Of a stretch of DNA of 64,000 nt, positions 48,701-59,647 are shown piece after piece. Numbering within the stretch: the first letter of the stretch is position 1; every line of letters begins with the position of its first letter. The notes below the pieces were generated by a model. It was not told the origin of the DNA and did not search any database. It saw only the letters and a program-made list of their open reading frames with translations. The stretch is taken from the NCBI GenBank assembly GCA_905178155.1, contig CAJINV010000004.1, positions 11,373,804 through 11,437,803 on the forward strand, written 5' to 3'. The stretch is from Amoebophrya sp. A120. Lineage: Eukaryota; Protista; Dinoflagellata. The position numbers and the translations under genes are program-made.

Positions 48701-49543
48701 GAGGGGAGGGTAAAGTTCCCCGAGGAAGTCCGGATGTCGTTCAGCGCCAGCTGGTCGATCGGCCGGGAGTCGGCTTGGTACCCCTTGAAAAGGTATCAAA
48801 TGTAAAAATGTCTGGGTCTGGAAGAATGCAACTTGTCATGCTAAATCCGAATCATGCAGAAATCTGTGTTGCATGAGTGCCAAAAGCTGTCTCCTTTTGA
48901 CCAAGTTGAGAGGGAGTTTCTCATGCAGGAAAGGCATGATAGAGCCCTAAAAGAATCTGTCATGCTGGGTCTCGCATTCCAGACCTCATGGGTCATGGAA
49001 AACCTGCATCACAAATCTCGTATTCTTCCAGACCCAGACATTTTTACATTTGATAAAAGGTTCGCCTTCAAAACCTCCTCGGCGGTGAGCGACCGCCGCG
49101 TCTCCGCCTATGAAAAGGAAAAATCCCCCCTCCCCATATCAAAAGGGAAGTCTGTGATGCTGGATTTGCGTACACAAATCAGATTTGTATTGCAGGAAGG
49201 CACTGCGGCCAGATCCCCAGGTTAGGGAGGGGCGTATGGATCTAGTTGGTCAGCATTGCAAACGGCTGACCTTTAGACCCAACAGCATGACCAATCGCTT
49301 CCATAATGGGGCGGAAGCTTCTGCCCTTGTCTTCTTGCAAGACAAATGTGATTTGTGACCTCAAGTCAGCAACAGAAATTTTCGGAAAGATACCTTTTCG
49401 ATATGGGGAGGGGGGATTTTTCCTCTCAATACCGCCGGGTGAGTGTACTGCGCGGCGGCAGACTGGGTCTGCTCGTTGTGGACGAGACTCAGGAAGAAGA
49501 GCGAAGAGGCTAAACGCCTCCGCGCGATCTTCCAGGAGGACAT
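45715..49543 (-). CDS. Cys-loop pentameric ligand-gated ion channel, nicotinic acetylcholine receptor alpha-like
   Basis: The spliced product has LFKGYQADSRP, IWLRQKWTDHRL, WVPD|LLLYN, the Cys-loop CNFKLADFPYDTQTC, GSWGY, loop C WNCCPFPY and M1-M3 (SGERVGYMVTLMLALVVFLL). A candidate M4 at ~45538-45670 could not be linked. Confidence 0.9.
46639..46817 (-). other. Canonical GT-AG intron in the channel gene
   Basis: AAG|GTACTG...CAG|GCACTG joins GMTK to ALCNFK. Confidence 0.75.
46930..48365. mobile_element. Family A introner carrying a nested family H element
   Basis: Perfect DR GGTCC; restores the WVPDLLLYN motif. Confidence 0.92.
47000..48160. mobile_element. Family H non-autonomous TIR element (1161 bp), nested
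   Basis: About 52-bp TIR TATGGCGATGGCAGAAACTTTTTGCTYCAAAAC(T)nGGGCATGC; perfect 5-bp TSD ATTCT; removal restores the family A internal sequence. Confidence 0.92.
48794..49055. mobile_element. Family A introner
   Basis: Perfect TIR of about 33 bp; perfect DR AAAGG; restores ANLFKGY. Confidence 0.92.
49109..49431. mobile_element. Family B introner
   Basis: Perfect DR CCGCC; restores THPAETRR. Confidence 0.88.
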
Positions 49544-50847
49544 AGTGGTTTCTGGGATAGTAGGGTTGGGGATTCAAAAACAGCTCAACATTCCAACATA
49601 TTACGTATGATTGGTTTTTAAGATGCTACGCGCGATTTGGTCGCGCCTGCAGGTATAGGAGAGCTACAAATGAGGAAATTTGTATGTAATTGTATGAATA
49701 GCTGGTTCTGGGAGGTCCTGGAAGAAGTGGAAAGATAGATAAATGCTCAGAGTCCCAAGAACAAATTGTAGGACGATTGCACGAGCACGAGCTGCACGGA
49801 CTGCACGATTGCAATTTTTAGGCACGAGTACCGAAGATGCTTGTTGTGTTTCGCACGAAGTGGAACCAACCGAGAGTGGAGCAGCACTTAGGAGGAACGA
49901 ACGTGACTGACTTCGCAGCGTCTACGGCTGTCGGACTTTACGCTTCAATGAATAGGGTCAGAGTCAGTACCGAGGGCAAAAGATCTTGACCAACCGACAC
50001 AGCAAGTACCACAGCGTCCAGGTAATATCAAATATATTCTGTCAGTCTTCCATTTGTCATGAAACCCGAAACGGAAATTCAAGAACAGACAAGACCATTC
50101 TCACACAAATTCAATCATGCAGCTTGTCAAGAGGACGGTACTTATCCAACATACTTGAAACGCGACTGACTCGGTCTTGTTCTCGTACGGTGAACACAGC
50201 AACCTCCCTGTCAGTTCACAACTTGTTGCAGTCGAACAGTGTTACACTGCGGTTGACTTTGTGAATTTTCGATATCATGAAGCCCCAGGCCCCGTCCAGA
50301 TCCAGTGTGGCATTGATGTTGGTGAGAAACTATGGTATGGGTTATTCATGCGTCGCTCCAATCAAAATACACGGTGAAAGAAACAGGATATATTTCCCAA
50401 AATACTACTTGAAGCCTTTGCCACAACTTGCTTCGCTGTCGCCATAGTACGAGTACGACTAACGTATCTGCTTGTACATGAGAGACATACGTGGTGGTCT
50501 CTCTCCTTCAATTTCAAACAATGAATTTGTACAGTACTCTTGGCAAACGTACTTACCCATTATAATGTTCAAAGCCAAACCACCTCGAAAAATCAGGTAT
50601 CCTGACACACTTGCCATTCTGCCCCCCGTCAAACGCGCTGACGCAACAGCAAAAAATATCTACGATAGGAAAACTCGGTCGATTTGCATGGGTAGAGAGA
50701 ATTAAGTAACACGAAACGGGTTGAAAGATCAGCAGGCCAACAACTGATCAAGTCTTATGAGTTTGCGTCATAGGCATAGGGTAAGTAAAATACGTAAAGA
50801 AACACGCGCTGCTGCAAAGCTACGTTACCGTGAGGCGAAGGTCTCCA

Positions 50848-53432
50848 CTATCGGCGCGCTACTTTTGGGGACCGATCACCCCCGTGGCTCTCCTCAGCAT
50901 TGGACCGTTTCCTAGCGCCCCCAACTGGCGAAGACGCGCCGCTTTGTTCTTGCCACGCACGCAAACTTTCGCCCGCAGCCCGATCGCTCGGCTGCAGCAC
51001 CCTGGACCCGCGTGCGTTGGAAGACCGCGGATGGTCCAGCGAGTCCTGGGACGTGTTCCGCGGAAGCTGCATCTCCGGGCCGTCCTGCGTAGAGGGCAAC
51101 CCGTTGCGCGACACGCTGTTTTCCAGCACCGCCTGCGGATGATCCTGGGCCCCATCCAGCGGATCCTGCTGGCTCACCGACGGAACCGAGCGCCAGCCGA
51201 ACGGCTTCGCCTGGTACTGCGCCAACAGCGCTTGCATCCGGCGCACCACGACTTCGCGCTCCGTTTCGCCAAACTCCGGCGCTTTCGGTGGGCAAAACCA
51301 CAACAGCCGGATCTGGTTCTTCACGTGCGGTTGCCCGCCACCGTCGCCGCTGGAGTTGGGCTCGAAAGCGGGTTCCACCTTCTTGTCGTACCACGCCAGA
51401 TACAACCGCGGATCCCGCTCGCCGTTGCCGTTGTGAAAGACCTCGTCGTTCACGTACAAACAGCTCAACGAACCCTCCTGCAGCGACTCCGTCATGTGGT
51501 CTCGGAGGATCTTCTCCGCGCTAGGGGAGAGTTTGTAGTCAGCCCGATTGAACCGTACACTCCTACTAGTGCCACGCAGGCTCTCAATCCAGGCGTTCCA
51601 GTCGATGTTGGGCAAATTCGTCACCAGGAAATCGTGCAGCTCCCGCTTCACCTCCTCCTTTCTCGCCTTGCTTTGGAAAATCTGCGACCCAAACGCGGAT
51701 CCCGCAAAGGTAGAGCTGTTAACACTACCTCGTGGCTCCCACACGTAGCTGCCGACGTCGATCAGGGTCTCCTTCGCGCGTTTTTGCACCACCTGGTCGT
51801 GGAACTTGCTAGCTTCGTCATCATCCGCAATCATTTCCTTCACGAACGAGTCCGTCAACCGCAGGTAGTTGTCGACGCTGAAGTTTTCTTCGGTCAAATC
51901 CGAAAAGCGCAGCAGTTTCTGGAAAGCCGCCTTGCTGTGGGTTTTCAACAGCTGCATCTCCCGCAGCTTGCACCGCTCCATGCGGACCACCACGGGGTGG
52001 AGGTACATGCTCTGGTACACGCGACTGCGAAAGTCGAACACGGCCGAGTCGCGGTCCTTGGACGGAAAGGCGGCGGTGAGGACGTACGTGTCGCGCCGCC
52101 GCTCTCGCGCTTTTTGCTCGATCTGCCGTGGCGTCAGCTTCGCCTTCATCTTCGCAGCGGTAGTTGTAGAAGCGTTGGGATTCTTGTTAGTATCAATCCG
52201 TTGCTCAACATAATTCTCGGAATGATTATTCTCCTCCCCCTCCTCGTCCCCCTCGCTCCTCGTTCCGCTGGTGGATCCGGGGCACGCGGCCTCCTGGTGC
52301 GCCACCACGCGGATCGAACTCTTGACCCGGTTCCAGCAGATCGGACAGGACACCTTGGCGTGGTAGGTGTCCCGCAGGAAGTAGTCCAGTCTATCCACAT
52401 CCAACCCGCCCCGCCAGTTGGACAGCAACTCAAACGTCCAGGCGTACTCGATCGGGCGGGACTGGATGTGCTTGCCCCACTCCTCGTGCAGCCGCCCGGT
52501 CCGCAGCGCTTCCTGCAGCTCCTTTTTCCCCGGAACGTCGATCAGCTCCTGGATGTACAGCAGGTCCTTCTCGTTCCAGTCCAGCACGTATGAGAGTGCA
52601 CAACTACTCCCTCGCCTCCCCCTCATTTGTATAGCATAATCGGCATCACAAGCAATGGCACAAATGTGGCTGTCGCATGACAAATCCACGTACGGACTGG
52701 AGTGCGGTTTGGGCATCGAGAACTTGTCATGCGTTTGGTGCCAAAGAGCAAGCGGGGATTTCTTGGCATTTTGCATGACGAATCAGGGGGACGAGGGGGA
52801 GTTATGCACTCTCATAGCACGGGGATCAGCGGCTCGTGGTCCTCGCAGAACTTCCAATACTCCTCCTTCATCACGTCCTTCACGTCCTCCCAGACCGCCT
52901 GCACCAGCAGCTTGGAGGCCGTCTCGTGCGACCAGGTGGGGTCGTCCCCGTTTTCCCGGCGGAACACCTCGAACATGTGGGAGAACGGGGCGTGCCCCAA
53001 ATCGTGGCACAGCGCCGCCACGATCAGGCAGATGCGGTCCTTGTCGTTCAGCCGCAGGTTCTCCCGGACGGCCAGCACCCAGGGGTCCTTGATCTTGCCC
53101 TCCTTCACGCGGTTGAACTTGACCAGCGCGGTGAACTGCTCCTGGTCAAACTCCCGCAGAAACGCGCACATCAGGTACCCCACGCCGATGCTGTGCGCGA
53201 ACCGGCTGTGCGTCGCGTCCTTGTACACGTACTCCACCAGGGCGAGCTGCTTGATCTCCCGCAACCGCTGCACTATGCGGTGGTCGATCACGCAGTTGAA
53301 AATCAACGGCAGCGCCACCTCGTTGTACACTGCGTCGTTCGTTGTCCACGAGGACATGTGCCACAGCTGACTCTCCTCCCAACCAGAAGGGAGGGTGGAG
53401 ATTGAGCCGGCGTCGTCCGCAACTGTTGCCAT
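50848..53432 (-). CDS. SAMHD1-like HD-domain dNTP triphosphohydrolase
   Basis: Motifs RLREIKQL, ATHSRFAHSIGV, AALCHDLGHAPFSHMFE, WSHE, GLDVDRLDYFLRD and YLHP are present. Exons join as LIPV|LDWNE across 52589-52816. Confidence 0.9.
52589..52816. mobile_element. Family D introner
   Basis: TIR TATGAGAGTGCAYAACT..CCTCG; perfect DR GCACG; joins the two halves of the HD domain. Confidence 0.92.
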
Positions 53433-54482
53433 TTTCTTGGAATTTTTCAACTACTTTTAAGTTTTTATATACGCGATAAAGTCCCTACGATGGTCCCCCG
53501 GGGTTTGATACTTTCGACCTCGTACTATTGGTGAAAAAACGAGTAGAGCTAGGAAAGCTGATGATTTAGGATTCAGCAAACCGCGTAAGCATTTGCCTCT
53601 TCGATTGTGTTCATGACTGGGCACCTAGTCGTCTTATATGTACCTGAAGCCCCGCCCATAGGCTTCAAACATATAACAAGTTGGGACTCAGTACTAGTTA
53701 TTCCCCCACATAGGGGGTAGTAGCACGTACCACGGGCCCTGGTTCAGTTTTTTACTTTTGGAAAAATCCTGTAACCGTAGTTTTCAAATCTTTGACAAAA
53801 CACACAAACGAATACGATTACGTTCACGAATGATAGAATTAGGTCTGCTGCACTGCATGGTAGCAGTTACGATCCAGAAATAAGATCTACAGTTGCGGCT
53901 TTACATTCAATCTAGACGAATTTTGGTGAGTGTGTGCGGGTTTATCGCTTTGTAGGAGCTACGTACTCACGAGCACTTGACGACGTTTTTCAAAGCTTTG
54001 GCTCCGCAATAGTTCTTGGAAGTCATTAACGTTTTTTGCGACCTAGTTACTGAAAAACCGATTCAGGAGGATCCAGGAGCGTGCTTGTTCCAGAGTTCAC
54101 AATCAGCTTCATGCCCTTTTCATCGACCGTGGCTTTTCATCGACCGATTTCGTTTCTGAGGTCTTCAGTTCGAATGCTTTTTATTTTGATCCCGCAGCAG
54201 GGGCATGGAACACTACTATCTCAAGAGCCAGTGTGGAGATTTGTTTAAGCGATAGTGCGAGCGAGCCGACTATTTTGCGGTGCCAGGAGGGGGCTGATTG
54301 CTGAGGTGATGTGACAACAGCTCCTTCAATGCAAAAACTCCAAATGTTTTAAGTACGTGCCGAAGGTATGTTATCTCGTACTGGAGAAAGAGTATTGCTG
54401 TCCCGTTGAGTCTATGCAATTTCATGCCTAGCTGAAGTCTACCAATTTCCTGGGTTGACCAAGAACTCTACTTACAATCTTA

Positions 54483-57400
54483 TCACCTTCCCGAAAACTC
54501 GCTCGCCGAAGCCGATGGGTCGGTTACTGCCAAGTCATTTGCCGCCTGCCGCAGCACCCGCATTTCCTCGCGCCCCGCCTCGAGCGCGAGGTTCTGCCCC
54601 GTCGTGGGCCTCGCCGTGCTGAAACTCCGCGCCGCGTAGTTGACACTGACGTGACTCGCGTTGCTGACACTCCGCGAACGCGAAGTTACCCCAGCCGCGT
54701 TACTGCTATCCGAGTAAAGCTGCTTCGGGTGCTCATCTTCACCGTCGTCCCCCATGGGTAGCAACTCTTTATTTCTGACAACTCCACTAGCCGAGGCGCT
54801 CGTCAGAACATTCGTTGTTGCCGCGGAGTCGCCCCGCGAAAGCACCACCCTGGCGCTCCGGCTCGCCTGCGAGTACGCGCCCATCGCGGTGTCAGTCGGG
54901 TCGCCCAGCCGGCGGAAGGACCCGTCGCTCGGGACTGTGTAGAGCGAGGAAGCCTCGGTCCGGAACAGAAAGTAGACGACGACCAGGAGAATTCCGAGCA
55001 CGATGAAGAAGGTCAAGCACCCCAAGCCCAAGCTCGGCCCGGCGATCAGAATCACCCAGGAGGCCTCTTCCTTGTCCGGCTTCGCCTCGACGGTGTCCAC
55101 GATCGGTAACCCGGGCGGGATGGTGGACACGGCGTGTTCGATTTCCATCGGGAATTGAGAATCCACGAACACTTTCTCCGCGGTGGCACTGTCCTGCACG
55201 ATCAGGTGTTTCTCCATCAACTTCCCGGCAACGGTGCACCGCTCCACCGTGAACGCCCGCTCCGAGAGCAGCTCGTGCGGCACGGGCTTGTTTACTGGCG
55301 GCGAGCCGGCGCCAGCGGTGCCGTCCACAGTAAAGTAGTCGCCGCCGGTCTTGCTCATTGATGCGCTAGCGCTGCCCCCACCCAGCAGGAGCACCGCATC
55401 TTTATCGGAGGATGCGGCTTCCGGGACCTCCTTGTTCGGTGAAGGAGCACGACCACCTTCTTCCACCGCGAAGATCGTTTCGTACCACTGCTTCGGATCG
55501 AAGGTCGGGGGAAAGAGGCGGCACTTCTGTTTTCTGGTGTCGTAGGTGAACGCCACGCAGTCCCGCAGGGTGTCCGATTTGCCGCTGTGAAACCACCACT
55601 GCGGGTGCCGCGGATTCCACTTGCCCGACACCTTTAACCTTTTCCGCAGCGCGGGGCTGCTCTGGTAGGCGTCCAGCCCGACAAAAGACGGACCACACTC
55701 GTGCTCCGCCAGGCACTCGCTTAACGACTTGTCGTCCGTTTCGTTTGCGAACTGCCCCGCATGAAACACCCACGGCTGCACGTTGTCGTTCGCGAGGACC
55801 GCCAGCTGCTTGCTGTTGACGATGTCGATGTAGCACTTCCGGCACTGCAGGACCCGCTTCCGGCGGTCCGCGCACTGCAGCCCGCAGGACTCGGAGAGGC
55901 CGAGCGTGCTGTACGACCCGAGTGCGTTGTGCACCTCCTCGCTGACCGGGTCCGTTTCGTAGCTGCTCCAGTGGAACACCTCGGTTTTGTTGTTTCCGTC
56001 ACGTTGCGCGTGAGTTACGCTTCGAACCGCGTACTCCACGCTGTTGTCCGCGCCGCTCCACTCGCGCACGTGGTCCAGCGCGGAGGCCATCTCAATGTCC
56101 ACGGCCTGCGAGCAGGGACAGGAGGTGTGGGAGTGTCAGGTTTGAAATCGTCAAAGTTGAAATAGTTTGCGATGCATAAAATGCAAGCCACAAAGTGCTT
56201 GTCTTGCTGAGTAGGCAAGGGAGGCAGATTGTATGCCTGTTGAGGGGTAGCAGTAGAGCTGCTAAAGTAGCATGACAAAAGGCGTCTTCCTTACCCAAAC
56301 AGCATGACAAACTGGGTTTCTGCTCTTCCCAAATTTGTCATGCGCCAGCTGGAAACTGGACACCAACGGGCATCCATTTTATGCATGGCAAATCATTTCA
56401 ACTTTGTCGATTTCAATCCTGACAGTTCCATATGAGAAGAAGACGCGGTACTCCACGGGGGACCCGGCCATCTTTTTCAGGCCCTGCTCCACGCAGAACT
56501 CCCGCGGGGGCCACGGGTCACTAGCCGTGTAGGTGGTCGGTGGCGGAGCTTCCGGCTCGGCTGGTCCTTCTTCCTCTTCTTCCTCGTCCCCCGGGCCACT
56601 TGCCTGTCCTGCTCCGTCCAGATGACTTACGTCCCCGAGGTCAGAAGAACGACCCTCACCCGAGGCGCCCAGAAGCACGGGCACATTGCGCCTTCCCTGC
56701 AATTTCGCCCGCCAAGCGGCTTGGTTGTCCTCGTCTTCCGCAGCCTTGAGCAGGTGCAGAGCGTCCTCCTCAACCGGGAGTCCGTGCTTCTCCGCCACCT
56801 CCCGCAATTTCGCCAACGCCGCAATCAGCACGCCGCCCGTTTGCGGCGCCTCCGGGTCGGACTCGGAGGTGGCCTCTTGAAGCAATAGGTACGCCTGCAG
56901 AAGCTCCGGGTCCTCCGGCTTGCCCGTCGCGTCGACAGACACAGCTACGCCGTCCTTCTCTAAGCCCAATTTCACGCTGCACCACACCTTTTTACTGCTT
57001 GATGTTGTCCTTTCATCATCCGGATCCTGTGGTACTTGCCTTTGGGGAGATTTACCGGTCTCCTCGAACAAGGCGAGCACCTCCTTGCGAACCCGCTTGG
57101 GCGAGCCTCTCGCCTCGAAAACGGCTGCAAACAACTGCGAGACCGTGACTACGGGGGTTGCTTCTCTGTTTAGAATCTCGGCGCAGGACTGGTCCTGCGC
57201 CTGCTTTACAACTGCACGATCTAGCGGAGCCGGTGGTAACCCCGAAGATGATGAAACTGCGAGGTCTACTGGCACCTCGGCCGCCTCCACCTCATCCTCT
57301 GTCGCCATTGCTTTGCTGTTGTCTGCCGCTTCGTCAACATCCGGCGAGAGGGTCGGCTCTGGCACCGCATCTGCCGGCTCATCTCCTTCGCTTCCCGCAG

Positions 57401-57713
57401 AAACAGCGGTGGTATTTTGATGTTGTGAATTTTGTTGAAGCTCTTCTTCCCCTCGACCCAACTGCCGGCGCGACAACTCAGCCAGGGTGGAGAGCGTGCT
57501 CGTCGTAAGAGCGGAACTGTCGGCCGCCTTCTCGTTGGTATTGACGTTCCCGACCGTGGCGCCGCTTTCACTTCTGCTATGCGCCTGTTGTTCCGTGTTG
57601 CGCTTGTTCTTCAAGCGCAGCAGGTTCCTCTCCACGTCAATTTGCACAGCGACTGCGAGTCGCAGGAATGGCAAATGCAGGGGCAAAAATGATCTCTTCC
57701 AGGAGTGAGGCAT
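54483..57713 (-). CDS. Type I membrane protein with signal peptide, PAN/Apple-like Cys module and single TM helix
   Basis: Starts MPHSWKRSFLPLHLPFLRLAVAV, joins as YRVFFS|CPCSQAVDIEM, contains CVAFTYDTRKQKCRLF and the TM segment LGLGCLTFFIVLGILLVVVYFLF. Confidence 0.7.
56126..56432. mobile_element. Long-TIR introner (family I)
   Basis: About 58-bp imperfect TIR ..TGTCAGGWTTGAAATCGWCAAAGTTGAAAT..ATGCATAAAATG; DR GGAGG/TGAGA; in-frame join. Confidence 0.8.
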
Positions 57714-58515
57714 ATTGGAAAAAAAAAGGATTAAACAGGAAACAAATCGAAACAAAACAAACAGCAGGCAAACAGCACACCGGCTTACTAGAGGCACTTG
57801 CAGCTGGGTGCTGATCCAAACTGAAAATGAAAAAGCAAAGGATGGGTGGGTCAGAATATGAAAGGTCAAGACGATAAACAGGGTTGAAATCTAAATCGAA
57901 ATTTTTGTGTGACGAAGGTGTTTCCTTTTGTCTAGCCAAACTGCCCCAAAATTTCTGAGATTGATGATGCGCAAAAAAATGAAGCACGAAGGTCACGAGG
58001 ACGACACAACATGTGTAGTGCCAAGGAGATCACGATCACGGCACGAAACATTTACGAACGACGAAACCGGGACGTCAGATGAACTAGGGTTTCTAAATGC
58101 AGCAAGATTTACCTCGCCACCGAGAACGATTCGTACGATGTGAGCCGTGCTGCGTGCGACTATTATGCTTGTGGAAACGGCAGTACGAATGGAAAGGACG
58201 CGAATACAACGACTGGACGGTTGAAAAGATCTTTCTCGGATCAGAGAAAGGCGAGAAGAGTAAAGCTAAACTTTGACTAAGCCTCGCGGAGTAACTACCG
58301 AGTGGCGTAGCTACTCCATAGTACTGCGAGGTACCGTGCGTGAAAATGTTTTGAACTTTGTCAAATACAAATTGAAATTTCATGGAGTTGTCCAGTTCAA
58401 TAGTCAGTGCCTTGAAGCACTTCCTCTGCGCAATAAAACTAACATCTTATTCCAGAAGGCGCTCCGCGTAAAACTGAAAAGCCGCTAAACCTCAAATAAA
58501 CATGAAAATCCTATG

Positions 58516-59647
58516 TCACGTCTGGCCACAGCATTGTGCGAGCTGGTTTTGCTGCGAGGGCGCGATCCCCAGAGAAATGCCCGGCCCTTTGGACTCGAAA
58601 TCTGCGAGCGAGCTTCTTCTGCTCTGGCGGTTATAAATCTCCTGCAAGAGCTGCTCGAAAACGTGTTTCACGTTGTAATTGGAAACGGAGCTCGCTTCTG
58701 CGAAGAGTAAGTCGTGCTGCCGTGCCCACTCCGCCGCACTGTCGTAGAAGACCTTTAAAAGAAGATCAATGTGAGTTTATTTTTATTCTGCACCTGCGAC
58801 TAAAACCTGGTGCATGACGAAACACCACTACGGAGACCACTATTTTTCCGAAACATCAACATTCATGCCGCATGACAGAAAAATCCAATCAAACCTGTCG
58901 ACAGCTCGGGTCCTTTTCAACTAAATCGACTTTGTTGCCAACGTATGAAACTGAAAAACCCGTGCATAGCGCATCGTTGCTTGATGAAAATGTTCACCTA
59001 CCTGGTCCTTGAATGAATTTTCACGACCTACAACTTCTACTTCTACCTCCCTTTACTGTCTGAAAGGACACGACCTACATGCAAGCGATCAAGCAGACTG
59101 TCATGAAAGCAGGCAGCACAGCTTTTTCTTTCCATATGACCAGCATAATGACGATATCCGGCTCTGCATTTGATCGCAGCTCTTCCATCCATCTTGTGCA
59201 ATTTTGAAAAGTTGCCTGCTTAGTCACATCGTACACTAGCAGAGCGCCGACCGCTCGACGGTAATGTGCAGAGGTGATGGCGCGGTACCTCTCTTGTCCG
59301 GCGGTGTCCTGATGAGGCAGTGATTTTCCGAATGTTACGTAGAACTATACACAGAAATCACTGCATCAATTAGCTATTGATGAAACTGAATCATGCACCG
59401 CTTGTCTAAAAAAAACACCGATAGTATGCCCTTATACCCATATCTGCGCTTTCACCGTGCCCCCGACCGCTAATGGTACGGTCCGCGTTGCGAATTCCAC
59501 CCCGATCGTTGCGGTTGGTGTCTTTGGCAGTGTGCCCTTGATGTAGCGGGAAAGGAGGTGCGTCTTCCCGACGGTGGCATCTCCGACTAATACGACCTTG
59601 TACAGATAGTCATACTCGTCGTCCGCTCCCGGAGGCATCGGGGACAT
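58516..59647 (-). CDS. RAB11B: Rab11-family small GTPase, alveolate Rab11B type
   Basis: [28 protein letters not shown]|[30 protein letters not shown]|GNKVDL, EASS and C-terminal CCGQT. Introns: 59309-59437 (GT-AG), 58944-59136 (TIR type), 58753-58894 (GT-AG). Confidence 0.92.
58944..59136. mobile_element. Old, degenerate introner in Rab11B
   Basis: Ends TATGAAACTGAAAAAC / TATGGAAAGAAAAAGC; removal with 5 extra nt restores MLVGNKVDL. Confidence 0.75.

Noticed and set aside
50830-52593. 587-aa plus-strand ORF
   Set aside because: It is the antisense shadow of the SAMHD1-like exon.
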